Shown piece by piece: positions 40,241 to 55,913 of a DNA stretch of 64,000 bases. The DNA is from Octopus vulgaris (taxonomy: Eukaryota): assembly GCA_951406725.2 (NCBI GenBank), contig OX597833.1:64170001-64234000 (forward strand), in the 5' to 3' direction. Numbering within the stretch: position 1 is the stretch's first letter; every line of letters starts with the position of its first letter. The notes under the pieces were generated by a model. It worked only from the letters and a program-made list of their open reading frames with translations, searched no databases and was not told the origin of the DNA. The translations under genes and the position numbers were made by a program.

Positions 40241-41605
40241 CTCTGAGCGAGAGGTAAACAGTAGCATAAAGCAATCGTTAAGTATATTTGCCACCTAAAT
40301 GTGGTGGTCCCATAGGGGACGATGCTACTGTTGTTTACAGCCCCAGGAAGCTAAATTTTATTTTAGAATTTATGGGAGCAACTGCCTTTGATGGAGTTGG
40401 TCGTCGAAGACCATCGCTTGATGATGAAAATTCAGATGTTTGATCAAATCAATTGCCCATTCCTGAATTAATATGTAAGAGGTCCCAAACTTCCACACGC
40501 ATGCGTCGGCCTAATGTCATCCGAGAGAATCGCCGGGACACTGACTGTTACAAGATCGCACTCCTGTTACTAGCTGCTGTGTCATGGTTGGCAGGGCTGA
40601 AGTGGTGTTTATGTCTGCCCGCCCCCTATATAGCATCCTAAAACGAACTACGAAGAAAAAGCATCATATAAATTTCTCACCTACGCAGAAGGTGAGAAGG
40701 ATTTTAATCAATTTTGAGAGGTTGTGGTACTTGGCTCGCATTGTAATTCTTTATATTGGCGCCAAAATGAAGGAATGAATTAATGATGAGTTTCCAAGAT
40801 TTGAACACCGATCAGAGATATTCGCAACGAAACAAAAAAAAATATATACTTTTTTTCTACATCTCAATAACAATGTTAAATTCACTGCTATCGCTATCAT
40901 TGAGAGGGTGAGGAAAAAATAAACAAAGGTTTGTACATTAAAACACAATATTTTTTTTCTGCAAGATGTGTGCGCCATGAAGAGAAAGAAAGGGAGAGAG
41001 AGAGAGGGGGGTACTGAGGAAGTGAGAGGAAATTAACTCGAAATAAACATATGAATTTAAACCAAATAAAGAGATGATGACAATAGGGGGATCATGTAAA
41101 TTTTTTTGGTTATTTCTTTGGAATGGAATTCAAATTAGAAGCAAGGAGAAAATGAAAGCACTGTACATGTAGCGACATAAATGAAATTCCGAGAAATATT
41201 CAAGAAGACTATATATAGTTAGTTTAAATGACTAGGAAAAAAATATAAAGATAAACAGAGAACAACCTACATACATACATACATACATACATACATACAC
41301 ACATACATACATACACATACATACATACATACACACATACACACATACATACATACATACATACATACATACACACTTACATACATACATATATTTATAT
41401 ATGCATGTATTAACATATATATATATGCGTGTGTGTATATATAAGTATATATAATTTCTATATGTACATATAAATATTAATGCATGTATGTATACATACA
41501 TACATGTACATATGTATATAACGTATATATGTATATATATATATATAATACATACATACATTTATATATACGGCGTGAATAATATATACATACTTATATA
41601 AATAC

Positions 41606-41684
<79 letters not shown>

Positions 41685-41997
41685 TTATATATTTATATAT
41701 ATAATATATATTATGTATGTATGTATGTATGTATGTATGTATGTATGTATGTATGTATGTATGTATATGGATATATGTATGTGTATATATCAGTATGTAT
41801 TATATATTATTCAGGCCAAAGAAGTGAGAAGTGTTGAAAAATGATTTTTTCTTTCATTTAGAAAGAAATCTAATATGTTATTCTCGTTTGAAATACTTCA
41901 AATTACGTTCTGATATAGACGGCTCGTTTCGTTTTATTTCCTTATACAATTAGCTATCATCGTCGCCATCATCATCACCATCATCATCATGTGTTGT

Positions 41998-42690
<693 letters not shown>

Positions 42691-43132
42691 TTTTGAATAG
42701 AATAAATAAATGCGTTTCGGTGAGTCTTTCTATTTGTTAGAAACCAATTAAATATTGCTCAAATATCAAGTTATATTTAAGAAAACAAGCGAGGCGTTGG
42801 AAATTAGAAGAGACAGTTACAACGTCGTACTAAATTCTTTACAATGTCTTGCTTTGCTCTCATTATATTCTTTTTATTTATTTATTCGGTATTGTTTTTG
42901 TTGTTGTTGTGGTTGGTATTTAGTTCCAGGTGAAACTTGATCGACCAGACATGTGATGTAAGGCGTAATAGCCATCTCGACATCTTCTACATTTAGGTTT
43001 TAAGTAGTCTGTTGTCAGGTCAGGTGGCAGACGTATTCGTTACAGCTTTTTTTTACATTCCGAGTTCGACCTCACCCTGAATTTATGTTGCCATTTTGTT
43101 CATTAAAGAACTGTAGGTAAATAATTTTGCCT

Positions 43133-43320
43133 CATGATAGATCGGTAGCCACTGCACACATGTTTTTTCTCTCCTTGTTTTTTTTCTGTGTCCCTTTCTG
43201 TAGCAGAGCGTAGGCTCGAAACGAAAAAGACTCTTTCAATTCCTGAACGTTATACTAAAACATTTGTTTGTTTTGTACACCACCTGTTTTCCTTTTTTGC
43301 ATTTTTCGTGAACTCTCCCC
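43133..43320 (+). mobile_element. Third copy of the 26-kb Penelope-type pLTR family with decayed HHR motif (43194-43229), ending in (CA)n(TA)n
   Basis: CATGATAGATCG.TAGCCACT.CACACAT...CTTTCTGTAGCAGAGCGTAGGCTCGAAACGAAAAAGAC...GTTTGTTTTGTACACCAC matches 26104-26270. Confidence 0.85.
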
Positions 43321-43323
43321 TAT

Positions 43324-43379
<56 letters not shown>

Positions 43380-44217
43380 ATAGGAAAAATAGAAGCTGGA
43401 AATGCATTGAGAAGAGTTAAAATATTTAAGGCTTTATCCAGTCTCACAGTTTCCACTGATTTTCAAAATATTCAGACAGAAAGATATGGCTTATGCGGCA
43501 GCTGGCTTGGGTTCGAAGTTTTCCCTTTTGTTATTTGTGTGCTCATGTGTGTATGTATGGGTTTCCCTACTACACTATTTATATCCATGCCCTTAAGATT
43601 AGGACTTTAGAATTCTGTTTAGAATACATGTGAATATAAAATTCGTGGAATATTTTGTATTGCCTGTTAGGCATATTGGGTTTTTTTTTCTGTTTTATGT
43701 TGTACTTGGCAAGCCATTGTCTTGTGTCTGAGATCAGTGTAAAATGTATCCAAACTTCAAAAAGAATAAATAAAAGATGTAGAAGAAGAATAAACCTAGA
43801 AATATATCCCATAAAACACTGTGATAAAAAGATTTTTCGTGCTAATTCAAATATTAGAATAAAAAAAGAAAAAGTCGGGAGGATAAAATGCATGGAAAAA
43901 AAAAACGAACTAATTTTTCTTGCCAAGCCAATATTTTCAGGAAATGTCTTTTAATGCATGGATATTTGGTAACCTGGAGAGCGCAATATTCAAAGATCAA
44001 AAAGAAATCCATCATGGCTTTAAATAAATATATAACAGGATCGATTACAAAATGGTGGGAACAATCTAAGGGATCTAAAGCCGTCGTTGTATGTTTGGTT
44101 ATTTTGATTTTTAGCATCATACCGAGAAAATGGTTAGGAAGCTAAGTATGTAAATGCAAGGAATCTGAAATTCCAAACATGTCACACCGAAATTTGGCAT
44201 TTCGGATTTTATCAATA

Positions 44218-44606
44218 ATAGCAGTATCGCCCGGCGTTGCTCAGGTTTGTAAGGGAAATAACTATAAAGCATTTTTAGAGAGTTATAGCCAAAAAATAGC
44301 AAAAAAATGGAAAAAAAAATTATGGTAAATTTTTTTTTGAGAGTAAAAAAAGGTTGAGTTGCGTCCCCTAGACAGTCTGTGGTTTGTTTTTTTTTATTCT
44401 CGACCCCATGTCGAATTTATCGATTTTTTTCAGAACTGGGGTTAACTTTTCAAAATTTTCGCTGCGTTAGTTTTGAATTATGACATTGGGCTATGTGTGT
44501 GTCAAGTTTCATCAGAATCGGTTGAAAGCCGTGGTCAGGGTGAGGGTACGAGAAAACAGACACACAGAAACACGCACAGACAAACTGCCGTTTATATATA
44601 GAGAGA
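44218..44606 (-). mobile_element. Non-autonomous Helitron, apparently complete
   Basis: Minus 5' A|TCTCTCTATATATAAACGGCAGTTTGTCTG; 3' subterminal hairpin CCTGAGCAACGCCGGG followed by ...CTGCTAT (CTAG with one change). Confidence 0.85.
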
Positions 44607-44980
44607 TATTGAGAAAACTCAAGCAAGGGAACCAATATTATCGCCAGAACAGGTGGTTCCGTTTTGTGTGACACTTTGGTAAATATGTTGCGTTTTTAGA
44701 AATTATCATATGTTTGTTTGTAGGTTCAATGGGAAAATTGTAAAAAGAATAATGTAAAAAGCGAAAAGGAAAATCGATTGTGGCAAGCGAAGGAGAAAAA
44801 GGGATGAGCGAAGAAAAATAAATAAAAAGGAGACACGCAGATACGATCACTCTCCCACAAACACACACACACACATCCTATATACAAATATATGTGGGTG
44901 TTTGTAAGGAGAGAAGGAGAAAAGGAGGGAGGAAAAGGAAAAATGAAATAATTAACGAGAACACGGTATATTTGCATAGT

Positions 44981-45203
44981 CTTTTACTCTTTTATTTGTT
45001 TCAGTCATTTGACTGAGGCCATGCTGGAGCACCACATTTAGTCGAGCAAATTGACCTCAGGACTTACTCTTTGTAAGCCCGGTACTTATTCTATCGGGCT
45101 CTTTTGCCGAACCGCTAAGTTACGGGGACGTAAACACACAAGCATCAGTTGTCAGGCGATGTTGGGGGAACAAACACAGACACAAATAAGTATATATACA
45201 TAC

Positions 45204-45247
<44 letters not shown>

Positions 45248-45670
45248 GACGGGCTTCTTTCAGTTTCCGTCTACCAAATCCACTCAGATAGATATACAGG
45301 CATACATTTATACATGTATGTATATATGTTTGTATTCTTTTATTCCTTTACTTGCTTCAGTCATTTGACTGCGGCCATGCAGGATCACCGCCTTTAGTCG
45401 AACAAGTCGACCTCAGGACTTATTCTTTGGAAGCCTAGTAAGTACTTGTTGTATCGATCGTTTATGCTGAACCGCTAAGTTACGGGTACGTAAACACACC
45501 AGCATCGGTTGTCAAGCGATGTTGGAGGGACAAACACAGACACAAGCAAACACATACACACACATTAGGCTATAGTAGGAGATACTTGCCCAAGGTGTCA
45601 CGCAGTTTGACTGAACCCGGAACCATACGGTTGATAAAGAAACTACTTACCACACAGCCACATCTGTGCC
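44981..45670 (-). mobile_element. Two adjacent SINE family A copies (44981-45286, 45336-45670)
   Basis: Both begin with the reverse complement of the family A tail (TTCAGTCATTTGACTG.GGCCATGC). Confidence 0.9.
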
Positions 45671-46655
45671 CGTGTATGTGAATACAAGCACTCACACCCT
45701 TATATAATGAGAGGAGAGTGTATGGAGCTCATGATCGATAGTCTGACATCATAAAAGCATATAGCAGGTCTACGTTTCATGTGTCTGATCATCTGACAAA
45801 ATCTGTGGAAAGAACCCTCCCCGTAATTTTTGTCTCGGCACAAAATATTTAAATCTGTTTCATTCATCTATACATTTTGCGAGATAGTTCTATAAACTCA
45901 TTGCTGAAGTTGATGTAACTTACTGCCCCGAAGTCACCAGACCTTTTACATACTTCATTCCAAGAAATCTTAATGTTTTCATATCCTTCCTTCCGTTCAA
46001 GACTCCTCAAGTCAGAGACCATTTTATGCTTACTTTCAAAAGAATACGTGTGTCTTATGTCGTATTACCCCTCCAGAGCGGATAATCTAATCCATCATCC
46101 GTCTACTAAGACGACGGAGTGTGTGTGTTTCTGAGTGTTCTGGTATGTATGTGTAGATATGTTTATATACATACATAGGCATATATACACTAATACACAC
46201 ATATATGTATATATATATACATATATGTGTGGGTGGGTGTGTATGCCGTTCAGTTAGCGTTAGGAAATATGCCCCCTCTTTCATCTTCTCGATGGCATAT
46301 ACTCCTGATGTTTTGCGTAGTGGTGTGTGTGAAACTTTGATGTGAGTTGATTTACTTTTGGGAATTTGGATTCAAAGAATTCATCAAAGAACGCAAAAAC
46401 GCATTCTATTCAACCGAGTTCCTGTGCTGTTTTGCTTTTATTATAATATTTTGATGCCAAAAAGAAAAAAAAATTGGAAAATGAATACATATTATATAAA
46501 CGTACGTATATATGTGCATATAATACATATACATATATATACAAATATATATATGTATGTATATATATATATATATATATATTTATATAGATATGTATAT
46601 GAGCTCTCTCCCTCTTGGTATATATATATATACATATATATAAATATATATATAT

Positions 46656-46780
<125 letters not shown>

Positions 46781-47440
46781 CATATACATATATATACAAT
46801 GTGATCGAATTCATTGATTTTGTGTATAGAATTTTATGTATTTTATGGAATCAATCTATCAAACTAAATAGTCTTTGTGTTAAATTTCTTTTTTCTCTGA
46901 TGTTTTGGTTAGTAAAGCGAATAAATAGTGAACGCGATGAAACGAAACAAAACGATGCGTATTTCGTTTTTTTTCGTATAATCTGACTGAAGCTAATCCC
47001 ATCTCACACAGCATTCATCTCGTATTCATCCAGCGTGCGTTGCCCACACACAACTTAGGGCTTTTATGTAGTGATATGATAACGGTGGAACAGCTTATTT
47101 ACGTGCATGTTTGATCTGCTAAAGATAAGAGCTAAAACTTCCATTAATCACAGCTTCATATTTTAATGAAGAGAAAGATAAATTCATAATATAGTGTCGC
47201 TCTTAACGATAATCCCACGAACGAATGTATTTGTGGTTGCTTAAGTAACAACAGTCAAATGTATTTAAGTGTTTTCCGGCACAAATTCGAATTTGTAGGA
47301 TTGGAATCCAAAGCCAAAATACCTAGGTTGATTTATACACCAAGACAACTTTAGGGGCCCTAAATTTCCGTGTGGAATGCAGCAGGACTGTGAATGATAA
47401 TGATGATATTTGGACGGTAACACTGCATATTGTCACTATA

Positions 47441-47581
47441 GGCGTTGGAGTGGCTGTGTGGTAAGTAGCTTCCTTACGAACCACATGGTTCCGGGTTCAG
47501 CTTGGGCAAGTGTCTTCTATAGCTTCGGGCCGACCAAAGCCTTTTGAGTGGATTTGGCAGACAGAACTGAAAGAAGCCCGT

Positions 47582-47630
<49 letters not shown>

Positions 47631-47853
47631 ATGTATGTGTGTGTGTATATGTTTGTATGTCTGTGTTTGTCTCCCCCAACATAGTTTGATAACCGATGCT
47701 GGTGTGTTTACGTCCCCGTAACTTAGCGGTTCGGCAAAGGAGACCGATAGAATAAATACTAGGCTTGAAAATAAGTCCTGGGGTCGATGTGTTCGACTAA
47801 AGGCGGTGCTCCAGCACGGCCGCAGTCAAATAACTGAAACAAGTAAAAGAGTA

Positions 47854-47857
<4 letters not shown>
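47441..47857 (+). mobile_element. SINE family A, near full length, followed by (GA)n
   Basis: Head GGCGTTGGAGTGGCTGTGTGGTAAGTAGC through tail CTGAAACAAGTAAAAGAGTAAAA; small deletion after the B box. Confidence 0.92.
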
Positions 47858-47913
<56 letters not shown>

Positions 47914-48449
47914 ACTGGACGCCGACCTGTTTGCAGGAAAATACGGTAAATCCCGCTCTACTTCTTTAGTACAGAAAGAACTATTTTATAACGCTCTAGT
48001 CGCGACTAAGTTTTAAGCGTAATTCAATGCAGTTGATGATTCTCATACAATTAACAGTCAAAATTCCCTTCAAATGCACCATAAAGTCTTTGGAACCAAC
48101 ATATTTGATAATCAGGGACTTGAGTTTTTCGGTTAACATCACGAAAAGAATGGCTCGTCATATGACGTAGTCCTTTCAAAATACATAGGGGGATGTTTAT
48201 CAGATCCACTCGAAGCTATTAGGAAAATGCCACTTGCAAAAGATGTCGCTAGGTCGGGAATGAAACCGGAACTATATTGTTGGGAAGCGAACCCCTTACC
48301 ACACAGCCACGCATGCGTCCGTAATGAATATTTATGGGATCCTTTAAGTGAAAGCCAGAATTACCCAAATACTGAAAGAGGAAAATTACTGTGAGACAGA
48401 TAGATAGAGATGGAGATTAAGAGAAAGAGAGAAGTGGAAAAAGACAAGG

Positions 48450-48797
48450 AAGAAGATGATGATGATGATGATGATGAGGAGGAGGAGGAGGAAGAAGAAG
48501 AAGAAGAAGAAGGAGGAGAAGAAGAAGAATATAAAGATGATGATGAAGAAGAAGAAGAAGAAGAAGAAGAAGAAGAAGAAGAAAAAGAAGAAGAAGAAGA
48601 ACATGATGATGAAGAAGAAGGATAGAAGAAGAAGAAGAAGAAGAAGAAGAAGAATATGAAGAAGAAGAAGAAGAAGAATGATGAAGAAGAAGAAGAAGAA
48701 TGTGATGATGATGATGATGATGAAGAAGAAGAAGAAGAAGAAGAAGAAGAAGAAGAAGAAGAAGAAGAAGAAGAAGAAGAAGAAGAAGAAGAAGAAA
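48450..48797. repeat. (GAA)n/(GAT)n array
   Basis: Directly visible. Confidence 0.95.
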
Positions 48798-49164
48798 TAT
48801 TGAGCGAAGGAGTGAGACAGAGAGAGAGAGGAGTGAGAAGAAAGATCAATTTTCGTTAAATTCGCAGAAAAACATATGCTACGGTGTCTCAAACTTAAGG
48901 AAACTAGATATCTATTTATGAAACATCTGAGCAATTAGCAAATTCACTGTTTTATTGTTTGGTTCATAAGAACTAGCATTTGTTGACGAGTTTGAGGGAA
49001 TCCAGCTCCGACTTTGCTGCTACCAGTTTATAATTGGATCCTATCCAAAGACATTGGCAAGATTCATGTAGGATGTCATCAATACATATTCTTCACGGGA
49101 GATGGTGGAGGTGGTGGTAGTGGTAGTAGGGTTAGAAATGCTTGTAAAAGTCGTGTTAGTATTT

Positions 49165-49200
<36 letters not shown>

Positions 49201-49474
49201 GTGATGATAATGATGACGACGACAACGACAACGACGACAACGACAACGACGACTATGACGATAAATATGATGATGGTGGTGATGATGAGGATGATGTTGA
49301 TGATGGTGGTGATGATGATGATGATAATAATTATGATGATGATGATAATGATGATCGTGGTGGTGGTGGTGTTGAATGTGGTGATAATGATGATGACGAT
49401 GACGATGACAACGACGACGATAATGATGGTAATGATGATGATGAAGCTGATGGATATGATGATGATCGTGGTGG

Positions 49475-49511
<37 letters not shown>

Positions 49512-49615
49512 CATATTGATGATGATCATATTGATGATGATGGTGGTGGTGATGATGGTGGTAACGGTATTGATGAAGATGATGACCACGACAACGATGA
49601 CGGCGACGGCGATTA
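49165..49615. repeat. (GAT/GAC/GGT)n array
   Basis: Directly visible. Confidence 0.94.
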
Positions 49616-50092
49616 TGCTGATCAGAATCGCTATATCACCAGATTCCGAGCAGTTAAAATGGATTACAGGTTTGTACGCCAACTCAGCGTCACTGGCCAT
49701 TTAAGATACTGATTCCGTCTTTGAATACCACCAAGAAAACCTCGACGTTATACTTTCTGCCCGCATTATAAACAATGGAACTTAACATACGCTATCCGTT
49801 AATGGCGACCAGTTACACTGAAATACACTGGTGAAACAAAATCCATGCGAACCGAACCCCTGCAGTAAATACAAAACATGAAATTGATATTCCAACTCTG
49901 ATTAGAAAATCGTTTCCGCGCCTCAGCTAAAATATAGGGAATCATCTACGTGATTTTTCAATTATCCTTACTTCGACAGCGTTCGTGAAAGTTCTCGTTT
50001 GTCAATTTACCGAAAGCATTAGCGTGATTTGACGAAGTTCTTCTAAGAAGTTCTCTGCAAATTTGTAGATCGAACGTTGAAGAATTTCGCTT

Positions 50093-50399
50093 GTTGTTTG
50101 TTTCTTCTCGAGCCATGCCTGGCTCATAAGGGCCGGTTTCAAGGTTTCCTTGGCGTATAGGTTTCCCCACCTGGACGGGACGCTGTTCCATCGCAGGTGA
50201 GTTGCAAGATGCAGGAGGAAAGAGTGAGAGAAAGTTGTGGCGGAAGAGTCAGCAGAAGTTTCGCTATTACCTTCTGCCGGAACTGCGTGGAGCTTAGATG
50301 TTTCGCTCATAAACACACACATCGCCCGGTCTGAGATTCGAACCCGCGATCCCTCGACCGCGAATCCGCTGCTCTAACCACTAGGCCATGTGCCTCCAC
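50093..50399 (-). mobile_element. Full-length SINE family C
   Basis: Reverse complement homolog of 748-1044. TSD AAGAATTTCGCTT at 50080-50092 and 50400-50412. Confidence 0.93.
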
Positions 50400-50732
50400 A
50401 AGAATTTCGCTTCGCAAATATGATGGTGATGATGGTAATGATGATCGTGGTGGTGGTGGTGGTGGTGGTGGTGGTGGTGGTGTTGAATGTGGTGATAATG
50501 ATGATGATGATGATGTACGTCACTTATGGTGATTCTCTCCTTTAATGTTCTCTTCTCGACCCGAGCTTAGTCAGCGAAACTGGGTCCACAGTTGTGAGAA
50601 GTCCCTCGAACAAATTATACTCTAACTGAATTCTTTACGCTACCTGCCCTATAAATATTTCCCTCATCACGGATATTTACCTGTCAGCACTTTAAGGAAT
50701 CATTCTACAGTTATACAATGTATAATTCTCGA

Positions 50733-50964
50733 AAGCGGCGAGCTGGCAGAAACGTTAGCATACCGGGCAAAATGCTTAGCAGTATTTCGTCTGCCGTTAC
50801 GTTCTGAGTTCAAATTCCGCCGAGGTCGACTTTGCCTTTCATCCTTTCGGAGTCGATTAAGTAAGTTTCAGTTATGCACTGGCGTCAATGTAATCGACTT
50901 AATCCGCTTGTCTGTCCTTGTTTGTCCCGTCTGTGTTTAGCCCCTTGTGGGTAGTAAAGAAATA
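50733..50964 (+). mobile_element. Full-length SINE family B monomer
   Basis: AAGCGGCGAGCTGGCAGAAACGTTAGC...GCCCCTTGTGGGTAGTAAAGAAATA. Flanking repeat TATACAATGTATA at 50712-50724 and 50965-50977. Confidence 0.92.
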
Positions 50965-51627
50965 TATACAATGTATATATTCTGTCACTTGGTAAAAGTG
51001 ACAGAAAATGAAATGGGAAATTCCCTAGGGAGTAGAGTAGATAACGTTTCGAAGATCCCTTTGGAATAAAGATAGCAGGAGTGATGTAAAACAAAAGGGC
51101 ATAGAACATGTAAAGCTCTGTTCACTTTCATATATTTCCCTATTGTCATGTTTACCCAGTAAAAGGACTCTCTTCGAAACAGCAATACCGTTATAATCTA
51201 GCAGCCATTTTGTCTTTTCGATGCAGCCCACTATAAGTTCACTTTAAGCCTGTTAAATCTGATATAAGGATTACTGACACGGTGAGAGTTTGACGTAATG
51301 AATCAGGAAACATTATGTCTACCCAATAATTTCAACTCATCCTATAAAAGTTGGGACTGACGTATCGGTGGAACAGAATAAGATGCGATATTTAAAACGC
51401 AGATCTGCGGCTTTAGAAGCTTTAGAACATAGACGCACATAAATGTCATAAGCAGAATCTTAGCTTAACTAATCAATGGCCTCACGTACGATTGCCACTA
51501 AACGGTTTTCATGGTACATCCCCTCTCTCTCTCTGTCTCAATCTCTGTCTCTTCATATATATATTAATATGTATATATATATATATATATATATACCTAT
51601 CTGGATGATATGCGTTGTCCCATTTTG

Positions 51628-51702
<75 letters not shown>

Positions 51703-51823
51703 ATACACATATATGTATACATATATAGATATATGTATATGTATGTATATATATATATATATACACATATATGTATACATATATAGATATATGTATATGT
51801 ATATACGTGTATATATGTATGTA

Positions 51824-51870
<47 letters not shown>

Positions 51871-51978
51871 GTATTTATGTGTGTATATGTATATATGGTG
51901 GTTGTGTACACCTTATGCAGAGTTTGACCACCTTCTGTACCTACACCTTGGAACCATTATGAGATCATGACATCATGA

Positions 51979-52016
<38 letters not shown>

Positions 52017-52126
52017 CATACATACATACATAAATACATACGTACATACATACATACATACATACATACATACATACATACATACATACGTACATACATA
52101 CATACATACATACATACATACATACA

Positions 52127-52160
<34 letters not shown>

Positions 52161-52162
52161 CA

Positions 52163-52196
<34 letters not shown>

Positions 52197-52506
52197 CATA
52201 CCTTCCTGCATGCATACATAAAACTAATTAAATTCGAAAACTTTTCATAAGCTGTTGAATTTTCCGAAAAAAAAAAAAAAAATATGCTACATTCTCTTTT
52301 TGTTGTTGTTTCTTTTTTTTTTTTTTGATCAGCGTCTTTGATGCTGCTTCTATAGTTCTTGATGCTCCATGTAATTATTCTTGTTGTTGCCGTTCTTCGT
52401 CGCTGATAGCAATGCAGTGCTGCTGCTGCCGCTTCTGCTGCTGCTTCTGCTTCTGCCAGTGTTGATGCAATTTTTTGCTGTTCATCTTGTAGTAGTAGTA
52501 GTAGTC

Positions 52507-52541
<35 letters not shown>

Positions 52542-52580
52542 TGTTGTTGTTGCTGTTGTGTATGTATATATATATATACG

Positions 52581-52613
<33 letters not shown>

Positions 52614-52723
52614 ACATATATGTGTGTGTGCACGTATGTATGTATATATATATATGTATATGTGTGTGTATATATATATGTATATATATGTATGTATATA
52701 TATATATATGTTTATATATATGT

Positions 52724-52764
<41 letters not shown>

Positions 52765-52949
52765 TGTTGTTGTTGCTACTGTTGTGGTGACGGTGGTGGT
52801 GGTGATATTGTTTGCAATGGTCGCTGTCTTGCATTTGCTCTTTTCTGCTGTTTTGTTTTTGGGTTTTTTTTTTATTTTGTTCTGTTGGATGACAATACCA
52901 GCGAGAAAAAGGAAAGAGGCAGAAACCATGACAACGACGAGAACAACAG

Positions 52950-52952
52950 CAT

Positions 52953-52983
<31 letters not shown>

Positions 52984-52992
52984 TCCGTCACT

Positions 52993-53025
<33 letters not shown>

Positions 53026-53155
53026 GTGATCATCATCATCATTATCATCATCATCATCGTCGCCATCGACATCTTCATCATCATCATCATCATCATCGTC
53101 ATCGTCATCATCATCATCATCGTGATCATCATCATCATCATCATCATCATCATCG

Positions 53156-53187
<32 letters not shown>

Positions 53188-53222
53188 GTCATCGTCATCA
53201 TCATCATCACCACCACCACTAC

Positions 53223-53256
<34 letters not shown>

Positions 53257-53257
53257 G

Positions 53258-53292
<35 letters not shown>

Positions 53293-53333
53293 GTCATCGT
53301 CATCGTCATCATCATCAACACCACCACCACTAC

Positions 53334-53364
<31 letters not shown>

Positions 53365-53365
53365 G

Positions 53366-53406
<41 letters not shown>

Positions 53407-53444
53407 GTCATCGTCATCATCATCATCAACACCACCACCACTAC

Positions 53445-53520
<76 letters not shown>

Positions 53521-53636
53521 GTCATCGTCATCGTCATCATCATCATCAACACCACCACCACTACCATCATCATCATCATCATAATCATCATCATCATCAT
53601 CAACATCATCACCATCGTCATCGTCATCATCATCAT
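52950..53636. repeat. (CAT)n array with about 110-120-bp higher-order periodicity
   Basis: Marker ACCACCACCACTACC recurs at about 53209, 53319, 53429 and 53549. Confidence 0.93.
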
Positions 53637-54319
53637 GTACCTTCAACAACAACAACAACAACAATATAAAAAAGAAATAATCCTCAGAAACTTAGAGACA
53701 GAAAGTAAAAAAAGAAAAAGAAAGACAACTATTAAGAAAAACACTGAAATACGGTGGTTGGTTCAGAGAGGGATGGTGGTGGTGGAGGTGGTGGTGGTGG
53801 TGGTGGAGGTGGAGGTGGTGGGGTGGGGCGATGAGGTCGAGAAATTTAATATAACGGTATTCACGTAGTTGTAAAGTGCATATCTATTATAAGGGAGAAC
53901 AATTGCATGCATATATATTCTATACATTATATACATTATATATATGTATATATGCATTAAATATGCATACGTATATATATGTGTATGTATATATATATAT
54001 ACGTATATATATTTATATATATATATATATGTATTATATATATGTATGTATATATATATATGTATGTATGTATATACATATATATATAAATATAAATATG
54101 GGTATATATATGTATATATATATATGTATATAATTATACATGCATATACATATATATATATATGTATACATATATGTGTGTGCACACGTATGTATGTATA
54201 TATATATATGTATATGTGTGTGTATATATATATGTATATATATATGTATGTATATATATATATATATGTTTATATATATGTGTGTGTGTGTATATGTATA
54301 TATATATGCATATATACAC

Positions 54320-54351
<32 letters not shown>

Positions 54352-54377
54352 ATATGAATATATATATACATACATAC

Positions 54378-54417
<40 letters not shown>

Positions 54418-54462
54418 AAAACTAAATTTATAAATCTCTCGTAGAGACATGTACGGTGGTGA

Positions 54463-54521
<59 letters not shown>

Positions 54522-54843
54522 ATGGATGTACATGAAAAATTATTATCAGCAGATTCTATTGTCTTGAAGTTCTGTACTCCATTATAGTTAATATTCTCTT
54601 CTTGTTTATACTTTTTCACATTTTTAAACTTTTTTTTTCATAATTTCATTTTTTTTTCTTGTTTTTTTTTAATTTTTTGTTACACTTTTGCCGAATCAGT
54701 TTATTGGTTTATCTTGAGTGTTTCTTGGGTTGGTTTTGTTGTTGTTGCTGCTGCTGTTAGAGTTGTTGTCTTTTTATTTCGTGTCATATATTCTTGCATT
54801 AATGAAAGAATGTCTATTTTACACACATGCATCTATATATACA

Positions 54844-54931
<88 letters not shown>

Positions 54932-54940
54932 CACATATAT

Positions 54941-55009
<69 letters not shown>

Positions 55010-55209
55010 TATATTTATATACTGATATGTATATTTGTACATGTATATACATATACACATGTCTATGGTTCTATGTATAAACGTATATATACATGTAGGA
55101 GTACGTAAATACAAACATACATGTACGTGTGCATACATACATAGACACATATATATGTGAAGATATAATACTCGTACACATGTACATCCACACATATAAA
55201 TTCATATGT

Positions 55210-55260
<51 letters not shown>

Positions 55261-55269
55261 TTTTAATAA

Positions 55270-55900
55270 CCATTGTTTAAAATGTCGCATTAAAAGGTGA
55301 CTGCCAGTAAAGAATTGTTGCGTTCTGTGGTGGGAATATGGCCAAACAATATTATTTCAGATTCTCAAGTCTTTCAGGAATTGGTGATGCCATTCTATAA
55401 CTTTGTAACTGAAAGATCGATAGGGAGGTTGAACTGGAAAGATCCGAAGATTGGGGGAAAACAAGGTTGTTGCTAGTTTGGCCTCGGTAAATATAGAACA
55501 GTCGACAACATGGCGCTGTATTCGGTAGAGCGCAGTGTCTAAGATGGCGTTTATTTGGTAGAATGATCAGTGAAATGTATAGAAGAACATATGATGGTTG
55601 CTCCGCAGAATTGGTAAAGTAAATGCCTAGAAAGCATGGGTGGTTTTGAAGAATTTATTGAGCAATATGCGATAAAGTGTGGAGGACTCGAATAATTATG
55701 AACTAGGAGAGATAGAGGTTGATGTCTGTAGATTCTAAGAGTTGAAGAGCTGTGGGTGACAGAACGCTGGTCGAGTCGAAGAATCAGCAGAGGAATAGAA
55801 TAAAAAACGGTGGTGGATTCCAAGAAAGGTTTAGAAGTGGTTGAGAAAATGGTTGTGTAATCGAAGAATTAGTTGAGATATGGGTGAGTTCGAAGAATTT
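55270..55900 (-). mobile_element. Very old LINE RT C-terminal remnant (Jockey/CR1-group-like)
   Basis: Non-microsatellite block with weak motifs (HLLYQFCGATIICSSIHF cf. LYKxxIRPxxEYCSxxW; CRLFYIYR cf. LSLFYRY); many stops. Confidence 0.3.
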
Positions 55901-55913
55901 GTAAAAACCTCAA

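Noticed and set aside
40365-40640. Unique-looking block with AG/GTAAG signals, candidate exon or decayed Tc1/mariner
   Set aside because: Stops in the plausible frames; the transposase resemblance (RSxxTSTR, YKIxLL) is too weak to annotate.
52375-53868. 429-aa poly-Asp and 495-aa poly-Ile ORFs (also 49014-49712, 21844-22485, 10960-11736, 6722-7651, 61716-62630)
   Set aside because: These are stop-free readings of tri-, di- and tetranucleotide microsatellites, open in several frames and on both strands, with no coding signature.
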